A stretch of DNA of 64,000 nucleotides from Octopus sinensis (GCF_006345805.1 NC_042999.1:165726001-165790000), one strand, 5' to 3'. Numbered from the stretch's first letter, positions 24,665 through 39,435 are shown. Translations and numbers: made by a program. The notes: a model not told the origin generated them from the letters alone.

Positions 24665-24853
24665 TAACCGTTAGACTTTGTTTTCATTATTTCTTCCTTC
24701 TGTTTTGCAAATGTGAATTACAGGGATATGTCGTATGTGGAGTCTCATTTGTAGAAAATAGACTGCTATTGTAGAAAATTGACTGCTATTTCTAATTTTT
24801 TCGGTATGTGGCTAAGCAACCTGTTGCCTGCCTCTTTTAATTATATATATAAA

Positions 24854-24893
<40 letters not shown>

Positions 24894-25312
24894 CTCATAA
24901 ATAAGGGCAAACGAAAAACTTACTTTTTTTTTTGAGTAGCGTGCGTATTGTGAAAAATTATATGGTTATGAACAGGGTGTCTTATTTCGGCATATTTGGC
25001 ATTAGAAATATTTTCGTTTGCCCTTATTTATAAGTTGTTTATAAATTTAACCTTTAAAGGTATTTTTTAATATGCTGGCCATTAATAAAATTTTTTTTGA
25101 AAAAATTTTATCCTACACTAAATATAAATTTAATAGTGTTCACTTCCGGACTCTCCCATTCTGTGCGTGCCTCAGTTTAAATCGCACGTGTCTCAAATGG
25201 GCTGGAGAATTTCTATTTTGGATGTATTTGGGGTACTTAATTGTGCTCATGACTTAGTATTTGCTTCTTCCATGGGTATGAGTAAGTATCTCATTTATTT
25301 CTTAACCAAATT

Positions 25313-25365
25313 TATCACTGACGAAGGGAGGGTTCTTACGAACTAACCCTGAAATCGGTCCGATA
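25313..25365 (+). ncRNA. Near-intact type I hammerhead motif
   Basis: tatca CUGACGA aggg-ag-ggttc-ttac-gaact-aa-ccct GAAA tcg GUC cgata. One A-C mismatch at the first pair of stem I. Lies 45 bp before (TA)n. Confidence 0.65.
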
Positions 25366-25424
25366 TGGCAATAATGTAATTTTTTAGAGATTTCTGTCGA
25401 CCTTTCTATTATATATATATATAT

Positions 25425-25469
<45 letters not shown>

Positions 25470-25472
<3 letters not shown>

Positions 25473-28090
25473 GACAAAGCCATTAGTTCAAAGAAACAGG
25501 CCTGGAGAGCCTGGAGGGATGGGGGTAGCAGGGAACCGTACCAAGTAGCCAAAAGGGAGGCCAGGCGGCAGGTATACATAGCCAAAGATATAGCAGAAAA
25601 GAAGAAGTTTGCCAATATCCAGCGACGTGAGGACCAAAGAACTGAGGTATTTCGTATTGCTAGACAGTGTGTGAGAGAAAATAGCGATGTTACAGGAGAG
25701 AAATGTGTCCGCATGGATGATGGGGCACTTGCTTTTAATGTTGGTGAAAAGAAAGAGGCTTGGAGAATGTGGAGAATGAATGGGAGGAGGAGAGCCTGCC
25801 AAATGTTGACCCAGTAGAGGGACCAGCTATCCAAATAGACAGCTCCCTTGTAGTTAAGGCAATTAAGGATATGAAACCAGGTAAAGCCCCCGGCCCATCA
25901 GGTATCACTGCTGAGATGCTTAAAACAGCTGGTTATGCGGGCTATGGCCTAGTCACCCGTATTGTAAACCAGGTAATTCATAATGGAGTCATACCCAATG
26001 ACTGGCGTAGCAGCACCATAGTCAACTGCTACAAGGGTAAGGGTGATGCTCTAGATAGAAATAACTACAGGGGTATTAAACTGTTGGATCAGGTGATGAA
26101 GGCCACAGAGAGGGTCATAACCCATCTCATTAGGGAGAGAATTTGCTTAGATGAGATGCAGTTCGGTTTTGTGCTGGGTAGAAGCACCACTGATGCTATA
26201 TTCTTGGTCCGACAACTGCAGGAGAAGTACCTAGCTAAAGATAAACCCCTCTACATAGCTTTTGTGGACTTGGAGAAAGCCTTTGACAGGGTTCCCCGAT
26301 CCCTTATCTGGTGATCGATGCAGAAACTGTTGATTGACGATGGCTAATAAGGGCTGTACAGGCTCTATACAGAGAGGCTGTCAGCAAGGTTAGGATTGGC
26401 AACGAATATAGTGAAGAATTCCGGGTAGAAGTAGGTGTACACCAGGGCTCAGCCCTCAGTCCCCTTTTATTCATCATAGTCCTCCAGGCAATAACAGAGG
26501 AATTCAAAACAGGTTGCCCCTGGGAGCTCCTCTATGCTGATGACCTGGCCCTCATAGCAGAATCACTACCGGAACTAAAAAAGAAATTTCGGATGTGGAA
26601 ACAAGAGTTAGAATCAAAGGGCCTTAGAGTAAATGTAGCGAAGACCAAAGTTATAGTATGCAGAAAGGCGAACTCAGCACACACCCCATCGGGCAGGTAG
26701 CCCTGCTCGAGCTGTAGGAAAGGTGTAGGTAGAAACTTCATAAGATGCACCCAGTGTAAGCTATGGACGCATAAGAGGTGCAGCAACATCAAAGGGAAAT
26801 TAACTGATAAGATAGCTTTTATGTGCGGCAGATGCACAGGGACAATAGACACCACAGACACTCAGAAAACAGATTCCATCACACTCCAGGTGGAGAAACT
26901 AGAAGTAGTTGATAGTTTCTGCTACCTGGGTGACCAAGTTAGTAGTGGGGGTGGATGCTCAGAGAGTGTCACCACTAGAACACGAATAGCCTGGACAAAG
27001 TTTAGAAAGCTCCTACTCCTACTGGCGACAAAGGGTCTCTCACTCAGAGTGAAAGGTAGATTGTATGATGCATGTGTGCGAACTGCCATGCTTCACGGCA
27101 GTGAAACATGGGCCATGACTGCAGAGGACATGCGTAGACTTGAAAGAAATGAAGCTAGCATGATCCGCTGGATGTGTAATGTCAGTGTGAATGCACGACA
27201 GAGTGTAAGCACCCTGAGAGAAATGCTAGGCATAAGAAGCATCAGATGCGGTGTGCAAGAGCGACGCTTGCGATGGTATGGTCATGTACTGTGGATGGAT
27301 GAGGAGAGATGTGTGAAGAAGTGCCACTCCCGAACAGTTGAAGGAATCAGGGGGAGAGGTAGACCCAGGAAGACATGGGATGAGGTAGTCAAGCATGACC
27401 TCAGAGCGTTGGGCCTCACTGAGGCAATGGCGAAGGACCGAGATCTCTGGAGATGTGCTGTGACTACTAAAACCCGGGATGCTTCCGGCACCAGTTCCGC
27501 ATACCCACTGCCCATCCAAAGTACCTTGGATCCCGGAACATCTTGCTGTGCTTGAGGAGACCTGTTGAGTCAAGTGCATATACATGAACATCGAACCAAA
27601 TATCAATGGAAACAGTAGTTGTGATACCTGTGCCGGTGACACATAAAAAGCACCATCCGAACGTGGCCGTTGCCAGTGCCGCCTTGACTGGCTTCTGTGC
27701 CGGTGGCACATAAAAAGCACCATCCGAACGTGACCGATGCCAACCCCGCCTCAAATGGCTTCTGTGCCGGTGGCACATAAAAAGCACCATCCAAACGTGG
27801 CCGATGTCAGCACCGCCTCGACTGGCTTCTGTGCCGGTGGCACATAAAAAGCACCATCCGAACATGGCTGATGCCAGACCCCTCTGGCACCTGTGCAGGT
27901 GGCACGTAAAAAGCACCCACTACACTCGCGGAGTGGTTGGCGTTAGGAAGGGCATCCAGCTGTAGAAATACTGCCAGATCAGACTGGAGCCTGGAGCAGC
28001 CCCCGGCTTCCCAGACCCCGGTCGAACCGTCCAACCCGTGCTAGCGCGGAAAACGGACGTTAAACGATGATGATGATGATGATGATGATG
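25470..28090 (+). mobile_element. RTE-clade LINE copy 3 (5'-truncated, RT + PHD + 3' UTR with ~5 sub-repeats)
   Basis: ORFs 25760-26314 and 26821-27555 carry RT motifs (KAPGPSGI, FVDLEKAFDRVPR, FCYLG, RWYGH) and YADD lies between them. (gat)n tail. (TA)n at the 5' junction. Confidence 0.95.
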
Positions 28091-28779
28091 TATATATACA
28101 CACACACACATATATATATATATATACACACACACGTATAGATGTAAGTATGTACATATACCTATGTATATATGCATGCCCCTACACTTAGACCCTACCA
28201 CTACACATTTGTCACTCCTTTACCTTTTATTACCGGGGGGGGGAGGGGCCATTCCTTCAATATTTTTACACTCTAATACCTTTCTCTCACTATCACCCTT
28301 TATCTCCCCACTCCTACTTTCAAATTATCTCCACTGACCACTAACTAGTACTCTTTCCCTTACCTATATCTTTGTTTTTCTTTTTTTCTTTCTTTCCTTT
28401 ATTCCTCTCTTCAGGTTTTTTTATTTTTTATTACTTTTCTTCTTACTTTTTTCTCCTCTCTTTTTTCTCTTCTTTTTCTCTTTCTTTATTCCTCTCTTCC
28501 TGTTTTTGATTTGACCCTACTAATACACTCCCTATTTTTAGGTCACTTTAAATAAAACCCTTGATTAAATAACACTGTGTATAAACTCTATACTTGGAAT
28601 TTTAAATACTATTGGATTTTACTCATAAGGTATTGGAATCTTACATGTATACCATTCTGCCTAAAAATGGATCTGCAAATGCAATATCCCTACATATCTC
28701 ACATCCATTTTCTTTCCTCCACCTCACTCTATTTTGTATCCTATCTGAATTAGCTATTAGTTAATCCTCCTCTCACACC

Positions 28780-28827
28780 GTCTCCGATGAAGGGATATAA
28801 TAAATATTCTCGAAACAGCTGTAAGAC
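28780..28827 (+). ncRNA. Type I hammerhead motif with core mutation (CCGAUGA)
   Basis: gtct CCGATGA a-gggatat-aataa-atattct-c GAAA c agct g UA agac. Same stem I and GUA as the 22.5 kb motif. U4>C is predicted to inactivate it. (TA)n follows about 65 bp later. Confidence 0.65.
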
Positions 28828-28900
28828 TTATCTATAAATGTTCTAAAATCTACACAGCCTTGTTTTTGTCTCATTACAAAAAAAATTATAATATACATAT

Positions 28901-28942
<42 letters not shown>

Positions 28943-29003
28943 TATATTATTGTATGATTAAATGCCAATCATTCTCTTCCAAGCAAGTTTTATCTATCTA
29001 TAT

Positions 29004-32000
29004 ATCATCATCATCGTTTAACATCCACTTTTCATGCTAGCATGGGTTGGAGGATTTGACTGAGGACTGGTGAACTAGATGGCTGCATCAGGCTCCAATC
29101 TGATCTGGCAGAGTTTCTACAGCTGGATGTCCTTCCTAACGCCAACCACTCCAAGAGTGTAGTCAGCCCTTTTATGTACCACCAGCCAGTCAGGCGGTAC
29201 TGGCAATGGCCACACTGAAATGGTGTTTTTTACTTTCCACCTGCACAGGAGCCAGTCCAGCGGCACTGGTAACGACCTCACTCAAATGTTTTTTCATGTG
29301 CCACCGGCATTTTTACGTGCCACCAGCATAGAAGCCAGTCAACTGCTCTGGCAACAATCACACTCGGATGGTGCTCTTAGCGCTCCACTGGCACAGGTGC
29401 CAGTCATCGAATTTGATTGGATTTCAATTTCACTTGACTCAACAGGTCCTTGCAAGCAGAGATTAGTGTCCAATGAAGGAAAGATATGCATAAGTGGGCT
29501 GGTTACACCCCTGCATAGGCCACGGGTTATAGTCTCACTTGGCTTGTCGGGTCTTCTCAAGCACAGCATATTTCCAAAGGTCTCGGTCACTAGTCATTGC
29601 TTCAGTAAGGCCCAATGTTCGAAGGTCGTGCTTCACCACCTCATACCAAGTCTTCCTGGGTCTACCATTTCCACAGGTTCTCTCAACCGCTAGTGTGGAA
29701 CTTTTTCACACAGCTATCCTCATCCATTCTCGCCACATGACCATACCAGCACAGTCGTCTCTCTTGCACACCACATCTGATGCTTTTTAAATCCAACGTT
29801 TCTCTCAAGGTACTTACACTTTGTTGAGTATGCACACTGACATTACACATCCAGCGGATCATACTGGCTTCATTCCTTGTGGGCTTACGCATGTCCTCAG
29901 TTGTCACGGCCCATGTTTCACTGCCATGTAGCATGGCTGTTCGGACACATGCATCATACAGTCTGCCTTTTACTCTGAGCGAGAGACCCTTTGTCACCAG
30001 CAGAGGTAAGTTCTCTCTGAACTTTGCCCAGGCTATTCGTATTCTAGCAGCTACACTTTCAGTGCACCCGCCCCCGCTACTGACTTGGTCACCTAGGTAA
30101 CGGAAGCTATCAACTACTTGTAGTTTTTCTCCCTGGAATGTGGCGGAAGTTGTTCTCTGCACATTTTCAGTGTTTATTGTTCCTGAGCATCTGCCACTTA
30201 CAAAAACTATCCTCCCAGTTAGCCTTCCATTGATATTGTTGCACCTCTTATGTGTCCATTGCTTACACTGGGTACATATTACAGAGTTTCTACCTATGCC
30301 TTTTCTACAGATCGAGCGGGGCCATCTACCTGAAGGGATTTGTGGTTTGTCTGCTTTCCTACTCATTAGGACTTTGGTTTTCGCTAGGTTGATTCTAAGG
30401 CCCTTTGATTCAAATCCTTGTTTCCACGCTTGAAACTTCTCCTCTAGTTCTGATAGTGACTCAGCAATTAGAGCAAGCTCATCAGCATAGAGGAGCTCCA
30501 AGGGGCATCCTGTCTTGAATTCCTCCGTTATTGCCTGGAGGACTATGATAAATAGGAGGGAGCTGAGGACTGAACCTTGGTGGATCCCTACCTCTATCCA
30601 GAATTCTTCACTGTACTCATTGCCAACCTTCTTCTTACTGACAGCGTCCCTGTACATGGCTTGCACAGCTCTCACTAACCATTCATCTATCCCTAGTTTC
30701 CTTATTGACCACCAGATAAGGGATTGGGGGACCCTGTCAAAGGCTTTCTCCATGTCAACGAAAGCCAGGTACAGGGGCTTATCTTTGGCTAGGTACTTCT
30801 CCTGCAGCAGTCTTACCAGAAATATAGCATCAGTGGTGCTTTTCCATGGCATGAACCCAAACTGCATCTCATCTAGACTGACTCTCGCCCTAATTAGTTG
30901 GGCTATGACCCACTCCATGACCTTCATTACCTGATCCAAAAACTTGATACCTCTGTAATTATTTGTATCTAAAGCATCACCTTTACCTTTGTAGCAGTTG
31001 ACTATTATGCTGCTACACCAGTCATTGGGTATGACTCTTTCGTGTATCACCTGTATAACTATACAGGTGACTAGGCTATAGCCACCACCACTGGATATTT
31101 TGAGCATCTCTGCAGTGATTCCTGATGGGCTGGGGCCTTTCCTTGTCTTCATACTCTTAATTGCTTTATCTACCAAGGTACTGTCAATTCGGATAGCTGG
31201 TCGACTCTGTTGGGTCAACATTTGGCAGACTCTCATCCTCCCATTTTCTTTATTGAGCAACCTTTCATAGTGGCATCTCCAAACCTCTCTCTTTGCAGCC
31301 TCATTTAGTGCAAGTGAACCATCATCCATGCGGACACATCTCTCCTATGACATCACAATTCTCTCTCACACACTGTCTCACAGCACGAAATACCTCAAGT
31401 GTTTGACCCTCATGTTGGCAAATTTTTTCTTATCTGCTTCTCCTCTGGCTAAATAAACCTGTCTCCTAGCTTCCCTTCTGACAGTCTGATACAATTCCCT
31501 GCTACCACCATTCTTCCAGTCCTACCAAGCCTGTTTCTTTTTTCTAATAGCCCTGTCAACAACATTGTTCCACCACCACTTTATTTTGAGTTGAGAGGGG
31601 ACTTTGCACCATCCACAGATCTGGTCAATAGCCCTCAGCAGGTTGTCCTGTAGAAACTTTCAGTTGTCTTCTACATTGTGTGAAGCTATATCCCATTCTA
31701 TTTCATTAAAGGCTTCGAGTAATATGTCTCTAAATCTCTGTCCATTTGCAGGATCTTTAAGCTTCCAAACCCTTCTCCTCCATGTTGGTCATCTTCTGGA
31801 CATCCATTTAGCCCTGATCCTGAAGTTGCTAACTACCAGTCTATGTTGTGGGGTACATTCTTCACCTGGAAAGGTTTTGGCATCTTTCCCTTTTTCTGGC
31901 AAGGATGTAGTCAATTTGGCTAATGTGTCTGCCAGAATGGTAGGTGACTGGCAGGTTTCCTGAAGTTAGTATTGCAAACCATAAGATCATTTGCATCGCA

Positions 32001-32256
32001 GAACTCCAGCAGCCTGGTTCCCTTTTCATTGTGAGAACCAAAACCGTAGCCTCCATGTACACCATGGAAGCCCCCCTATATGTTATCCAACATGTCCATT
32101 GAAGTCACCAGCCACAAAGAGAAGGTCCCTGTCATTCGTCAACGAGGTAGTCCGCAAGAGGGTGTCATAAAATCGGTTTTTCTTCTGTCCATCGGGTAGC
32201 CCCCGCCGAGGGGCATAGGCCGAGATAATGGTTGCTAACCCATGATGAAGCACTAA
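29004..32256 (-). mobile_element. RTE-clade LINE copy 4 (partial APE endonuclease + RT + 3' UTR)
   Basis: ORF 29683-31329 carries the full RT motif set (YADE variant). Upstream IISAYAP..FVAGDFNGHVG is APE endonuclease. (atc)n tail at 29004 and (TA)n at the 5' end. Confidence 0.95.
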
Positions 32257-32283
32257 TGTATATATATATACATACATAAAAAC

Positions 32284-32316
<33 letters not shown>

Positions 32317-32704
32317 AATATCTATATAAATATATACATATATGTATAACATAATATGCTTTACATATAAAATATATAAAGATACCAGTAATTATTAAAA
32401 TATATATATATATGCACATATATATAGGCATACATTTTGTATAAATGGCTTTAAACCTCATCCAGTAATGGGGTTCTGGTTCAAGAGTTTCAGATTTTTG
32501 AGGAGTGTGGAGCCATCTCTGAACCTATGTTATTCCCAGGTCTACTTTGACCTAGAATAGTAGTATCTGTCGGTGACCTTGCTATGGGTTAACTAATATA
32601 TGTGATGACAATCCATCTAGCACAAGGATACAGATATATCCTTGTGTTCAAATTCTACCAAGGTTGATACCAGTTGAGCACTGGAGTTGATATAATCGAC
32701 GAAA

Positions 32705-32877
32705 CAAGGGTCCTCAAACTTTTTAGACCATTGACCCCTCATTGACCCCCAGGCATGTACAAGAAAATAGATAAATGGTAATAATAATGTAGATGTGCAG
32801 CTTCTAGGCATTTATTGATCCCTTGAATAGTCCCATCGACCCCCAGGGGTCAGCATTGACTACTTTGGAGACCCCTG
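32705..32877. mobile_element. Probable hAT-type MITE
   Basis: Termini caagggtcctcaaact / tttggagacccctg with internal gacccc repeats. No TSD recognised. Confidence 0.5.
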
Positions 32878-33450
32878 GCCAAATAAAATATTCTGACTCT
32901 AAAGAAATACTTGTATTTGAAATTAACTGATTACAGACGAATATAGAGTCTTTTGTATTTCAATTGCTTTCAGCATCCACAGTAAAAAGAAACATTTCCA
33001 GGCCTTGTACCTAGAGTAAAATGATTTACTACTCTTAACATTTTTCATTTCGCATTTTTACAGTTTGACATGCAACACCAATCCATGGGGAATAACTCGT
33101 CTTTTCTCTTTTTTTTTCGTTCCCCCACTAAATATCCTTCCTGAGTTCAAGTTTAAAGTGGGAAATAACATCACTTGAGGGCAATTACCAAAAGTCTTTC
33201 TTTTTGACTTCAAAAGAATTCTCACTTCAACTGCCAATTAATGTTATACGATGTTTCATTGTTTTGTAATTGCTATATATATCAAGTTGAAGGGGATTAA
33301 AAGTGACAACATCATATAACACTACCTCAGGGTTAATGGAAATATTTGGCTCTGAACAAGACACAAGCTCTTCTTGCTATACAAGAGCATCGTTTTAAAG
33401 AACTGATATCCTTCAGAGAAGGAGATAATTTTAATAAATCAGGAAGTTAC

Positions 33451-33660
33451 CATCATCACCATTGTCGTCGTCATCATTTAACACCTGTTTTCCATCCTGA
33501 CATGAGTTGGATGGTTTGACTGGAGCTGGTAAGGCCAGGGACTGCACCAGGCTCCAGTTGTCTTTTCTGGCATGGTTTCTACAGCTGGATGCCCTTCCTA
33601 ATGCCATCCACTTTGTGGTGTGTACTGGGTACTTTCTACTTGGCACCAGCACCAACATGG
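33451..33660 (-). mobile_element. RTE 3' end fragment
   Basis: catcatttaacacctgttttccat..tttctacagctggatgcccttcctaatgcc. Confidence 0.75.
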
Positions 33661-33919
33661 TCACCAAGTAACTTGCAAGAGAAAAACCCCTTCAGGTGGG
33701 TGAGGATGGGGGTGGGGTTAGTTATGAGGGTGATGGTAGCTTTGTGCCAGTTGATGAGAAATTAGAAGTATAGAGGTTACCCCAGTTGGAAAAAAAGGAG
33801 GGTGGATTAGAGAGTAGGATAAAGAGGATTGGTGAGTAAATGAGTAAGATAAGGAGAGCAAAAGCCAGAAAAGGTGGCAAAGATATATCAGGACATGCCC
33901 TTGAGGGACTTTTTTTTTA

Positions 33920-34190
33920 GGACTGGTATTTATTCTATCAGTTTCTTTTGCTGAACTGCTTAGTTATGGCGATGTAAACACCAACACCAACTGTCAAGTG
34001 ATAATGGGGGACATCCTCACACACACACACAATAAGCTTCTTTCAGTTTCCATCTACCAAATCCATTCACAAGTCTTTGGTTGGTCTGAGGCCATAGTTG
34101 AAGGCACTTGCTCAAGGTGAGACTGAACCTAGAACCATGCGGTTGGAAAGCAAACTTCTTACCACACAGCCATACACACACACACACACA
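33920..34190 (-). mobile_element. SINE family A (degenerate)
   Basis: ttctatcagtttcttttgctgaac..cttctttcagtttccatctacc..cttaccacacagcc. Confidence 0.75.
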
Positions 34191-34864
34191 CACACACACT
34201 ATGAGTAGTTCAAATGAATTCCCTGCACGTTGCAATATAGGCTTTGTGTGGGGTCAGAATGAATGTTTTATGAATGTAAGTAGCTGTGATCTCTTTAATA
34301 CTTCATAAAATTCTCTGCTCACATTTCAAACATGTGTCTTTGGTTTCACTAATCACATGAAATTGTTAATTACACATTTACATTTTGTCCATTCCTCAAA
34401 TTATCTCTTCCTCACCATTGCTCACATCCTCTCTCACTCTGTCTATGTATTCATCCATCTATTTATCCATGCAGCTATCAATCCATCCATCCATCTATCT
34501 GTTTGTCTACATCTAATTAACATAGAATATTGCCAAAACTAAAACGTCCAGAATATTCATCCTTCACAAACAGTTTCACTGTTTTCATATAAAACTAGAC
34601 ATAAAAACAAACATTATTTTACATACATTTCTTCGTTCATTTGTTTTTGGGGTTTTTTTGTGCATTATATTATTGAGGCATATTTTTTTTACTGCTGGGT
34701 GCCCATTGTGTCATTAATCCTTACCTGCTTTTCAAATGAGAGGTCCCTGAAGGTAGGCTTAACACATGTACGGGATCTATTAATAGAAGCAGCAAAGACA
34801 TCATTTTCAGTGAATGACTTTCATAAATCCCAAATGCAACAAAACACACACACACACATGCAAA

Positions 34865-34903
<39 letters not shown>

Positions 34904-36211
34904 TGGACTTCTTGCACTGGTTTTATATAATTAATATTATCATTTCGTTTATGGTAATATTAAGTATATAAATGTAGCATCCAACCATCCACCCTCAATA
35001 ATATGGCGATTAGTTAAGAATATTTCAATAAAAATATCTGTGTTATCTGCTAATAAAAAAATGTTTGAATCACACACACCATATTACAATACTGTTTCAG
35101 CTAGGGCTGGATATTGAGAGAAAATTCAGTACATACAAGACACATGTATAGATATAACTGTGCCAATTCCTTCAATAATAATTCACATTGCACACCAACA
35201 CAATGTTACAGTATGTGAACTGATTGAGAATACAGGCCAGGAAGAATTGGTCAAGGCAATAAACTACAAACCAAAATTCATAGACACACACCAACACTAT
35301 AATTCTACAGTTTATAACACAATTATCCCAACCCTGTACAACACACCAGAACAAATAAACCAAACAACAAATATAAGAATCAAGATGTCCTCGGGTACAA
35401 CCCAATCTGCAGTTCACATGTTTCAATGAAGATCACTATGGAATTCTTTGCTGCAAATGTTTCCCAAAATCAAATAGATTCCGTGTTATTTTTAATAGAC
35501 ACACTGTGAAGGTATCACATGCTAACTATTAATTTAGAGCAGCAGATGCACAGCATTAATAATAGTGATGTTGGTGTCATGATGTCATGACTTGCGCGTG
35601 ACTTGGATTATAGTGAGGGTGACTTGTGCAGGATCAGCCACACTCTCTCGTCCTGGTGCGCCGGATCCAGTGGCAAGACAAAGTCAAGATGGCTGGGGGT
35701 AGACCAGAATGCAGGAGCTGCCGGAAGGTGGCATGCATGGTGCAATCCAACTGCCTTAGGGGCTCCACTCCGGATTTATGTAGGTTTTTGGATGGCCATT
35801 GACTCATGAGAGAGTTCCTCTGCCCTTTGACAGGTTTTGTTTTTAGTTCTGCTGGGTGTCCAAATCACCCTCCTCACCAAGAAATCTTGGTGGGGTTGCC
35901 AGTTTAGTAGCCAATGACCCGACCATGTAACAGGTTGTACTGGGTTACATGTTACCAGTAGCTCCAAACGGAGACCTGACAAGTACTAGCAAGCATATAC
36001 ATCAAAATATCAAGAAAATGTAAACTGCAATGAAAATCACCCGATACAGCCACATCACGATAGCAGCAATAACATTGATATAACATGGTAACAATGTTGG
36101 AAAATGAAGTCAGAACTGCCAAATATACAAATAAATATAATAAATGTTCATGCAGAGAAAAATCAAGATTCCCATTGATGACCCTCTTTAAGAGTATGAA
36201 TCTTGTATATA

Positions 36212-36443
36212 TATTTCTTTATTGCCCACAAGGGGCTAAACATAGAGAGGACAAACAAGGACAGACAAAGGGATTAAGTCGATTACATCAATCCCAGTGC
36301 GAAACTGGTACTTTTATTTATCAACCCCGAAAGGATGAAAGGCGAAGTCGACCTCGGTGGAATTTGAACTCAGAACGTAACGACAGACGAAATACCGCTA
36401 AGCATTCTGCCCGGCGTGCTAACGTGTCTGCCAGCTCGCCACC
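36212..36443 (-). mobile_element. SINE family B, near full length
   Basis: Reverse complement of ggtggcgagctggcagacacgttagcacgccgggcag..ttctgagttcaaattcc..gtcgacttcgcctttcatcctttcggggttgat..gtaccag. Confidence 0.85.
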
Positions 36444-37109
36444 TTGTATATAAATGTCCCATACACAGAGGGGGGGGGACCGTAAGTTTACTTTGGAGCA
36501 ATGGCTGATTCATTCAAAAATCATTATTACAACCATGTCACCAGCTTCAAGAAAATTAACAAGAGACATTCAACATCTTTGGCCAATTTTTGTGTGATGA
36601 GTTAAGGAAGATAAAATTAAGGATAATATAACTTGATTTATAGTAAGGCACACAAAACCATATATTTCCAGGAGATGACAACTCTGCTCCGAGGAATCCC
36701 TGTCTATTCTGTGGACCTATGAGAAGATGGTTAATAGAATTTCCGAAAGACTCTACATGCATATAAATGCACTTTCACACAATGCAGTGGGAATGAATTT
36801 GAGTAACTGTTAATCTAATTAATAATAACCATTAATCTAATTAATAATCATACTTCACCTTAAGGTATGGATGAATTAAATTTAGCTCTGACCTCCTCAT
36901 TCTTATAAACACCAAGCAGCTATTTAATTCCCCATGTGAATGCATGTGCACCAAACCGCACTTGTGTGTATGCTTATATCTTCGTAGATGTTTGTATGAG
37001 TAAGTGTATGGGTGCCATACAACCCACACATGTCTGTTAATGGCTATATCCGGTACTTTTTAACTGTATTGTGTATTTGTTTCTTTTTTGCATCTATTAT
37101 TTGTATATA

Positions 37110-38062
37110 GATTTCGCAGTGGAGACCTGAGCTTTGGAGATCATGAGCGTAGTGGACGCCCATCGGTCATCGATGACAGTCAATTAAAGATCATCATTTG
37201 AGAAAGATCCACTTAAAACCACTCGAGAACTGGCAGAAGTTAGTCAGAAAACTGCTTGCAACCATTTGCATGCAAGTGGAAAATCAAAAGAGTTCAACAA
37301 ATAGGTTATACATGTTTTGAATGAAAATCAGAAAATTCGCAGATATGAAATTTGCTCGTTGCTTCTTCTCTGTAACCAGACTGATCCATTTCTCAACCAC
37401 ATTGTAGCTTGCAATGAAAAGTGGACTCTGTACAATAATAAAAAAATGTTCTTCACAGTTTTTAAACCAAAATGAAGCACCAAAAACCTTTCCTAAACCT
37501 GAGCTCTTCAAAAAGAAGGTTATGGCAACTGTTTGGTGGTATACTGCTAGACTCATAGACTACAACTTCTTAAAACCCAGAAAAACCATTAATACAGAAA
37601 CATATTGCCATGAAATTGCCAAAATGAATGAAAAACTGCTACTCCTCCATCCCAGACTGGTCAACAGAAGAGGGCCATTCATTCTTCATGATAATGCTTG
37701 ACCACACATTTCACTAATGATGCTCTAGAAGTTGAGGGAACTTGGCTACAAAGTTCTTCTCCACCCAACTTATTACCCATACCTTTCTCCTACTGAATAT
37801 CACTTTTTCAAGCACCTTGATGGTTTCCTGTGAGAGAAGGAGTTCAAAAATCAAACCGATGCTGAAAGTGTGTTCAAAGAGTTCATCAGCTCCAGAATTC
37901 CAGATTTTTATGTTACCGAAATAAACAAACTTGTAACTCGTTGGCAAAAATGTGTTGATTGTAATGGTCTTTACTTTAATGAATAAAATTTCTGCATTGT
38001 TGAAATATATTGTGATGAATTTCATGTTTCAAAACGTCACTTACCTTTTACTCAGCCTGATA
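37110..38062 (+). mobile_element. Mariner (Tc1/mariner, DD34D-type) transposase pseudogene with 3' TIR
   Basis: FRSGD..RSGRPS, DPFLNHIVACNEKWTLYNN, KVMATVWW, ILHDNA, YYPYLSPTEYHFF, RWQKCVDCNGLYF*, with stops and frameshifts. 3' TIR-like aaaacgtcacttacctttttactcagcctga followed by TA. No 5' TIR seen. Confidence 0.92.
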
Positions 38063-38634
38063 TATATGTATATATATACCTACATGAATTAATAATTAAG
38101 GAGAACAGCATTATTAACTAGTAAAAACGAATAGGGTAGCTGCTAGGATTGTATAGCTCTACAAACCAAATATATATATATATATATATACAAAATAAGA
38201 AAATGGAGAAACACATCTCAATCAATGATCAACTACCAGATAATACCCAATCACATAATTTATTAAACCACTACATATGAACCTTGGTGTAGTGGTCCTT
38301 AGTAGGGATGGGTACATCTTTCATTGATGAATTGATCAGTATCTTCTCCATTTTATTATCAGGAACAAATCCTGCAGGAACAAATGTACTATACTTGGGT
38401 GTATTCACTGATACCAACAATACTTAGAGTAATGAGTGGATGTTTCGTGTACACAAGTATGAGCAACTCAGATTCCTCAGAAAGTTAATTCAAGTTACAA
38501 ATTGAGATTGGGGTTGTAAGTGCAACCCTCCATGGGATAACATATATCCAATATACTGCTAGTGAAGTACCCAACAAAGTAATACATAAATGTTAAGAAT
38601 TGCGATGCAGTTAATTCATTTACTGTATTATATG

Positions 38635-38705
<71 letters not shown>

Positions 38706-38709
<4 letters not shown>

Positions 38710-38884
38710 ACATAAAAAGAATCCAGCACACTTTGTAAAATGGCTGGTATTAGAAAGGGCATCCAGCTGTAGAAACCATACCAAATCAGATAAAAGAGCC
38801 TGGTGTGGCTCCCAGCTTTACCAGCTCCTTAAAACCATCCAACCCATACTAACGTGGAAAACAGACGTTAAATATGATGATGAT
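38706..38884 (+). mobile_element. RTE 3' end fragment
   Basis: ttagaaagggcatccagctgtagaaacc..ggaaaacagacgttaaatatgatgatg, immediately after (TA)n. Confidence 0.75.
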
Positions 38885-39012
38885 ATGCTCACATGCATGT
38901 GCATGCACACAAACACACCCTCACATGCACAATGTCACATCTACCAAATTCACTCACAAGACTTTGGTTAGCTCCAAGCTATAAGAAAAGACAATTGTTT
39001 CTTAAGTGTAGC

Positions 39013-39435
39013 ATTATCATCATCATCGTTTAACATCTGCTTTCCATGCTGGCATGGGTTGGACAGTTTGACTGAAAACTGGTGAGCCAGAAGGCTGCAC
39101 CAGGCTCAATCTGATCTGGCAAAGTTTCTACAGCTGGATGCCCTTCCTAACGCCAACTACTCCGAGAGTGTAGTGGGTGCTTTTACATGCCACCGGCACG
39201 AGGGCCAGTCAGGCAGTACTGGCAATGACCACACTCAAAAGGTGTTTTTTATATGCTACCTGCATGGAAGCCAGTTTGGCGGCACTGGCAATGACCATGC
39301 TCAAATGTTGTTTTTCACGTACCGGTAAGGCGATGCTGGCAATGATCACATTCAAATGGTGCTTTTCACGTGTCACCAGCATGGGAGCCAATCCATCACA
39401 TTCAGATGTGCTTTTAACGTTCCACTGGCATGAGT
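39013..39435 (-). mobile_element. RTE 3' UTR fragment with several diverged sub-repeats
   Basis: catcatcgtttaacatctgctttccatg..gcccttcctaacgcc, then repeats of tgccaccggcac / ggcactggcaatgacc. Confidence 0.8.

Noticed and set aside
29879-30934. Plus-strand ORFs of 73-139 aa (and equivalents opposite the other RTE copies)
   Set aside because: Antisense shadows of the RT reading frame.
35160-35470. 89-aa ORF and a downstream LWNSL motif, possibly a CR1 3' relic
   Set aside because: Too short and degenerate to assign.
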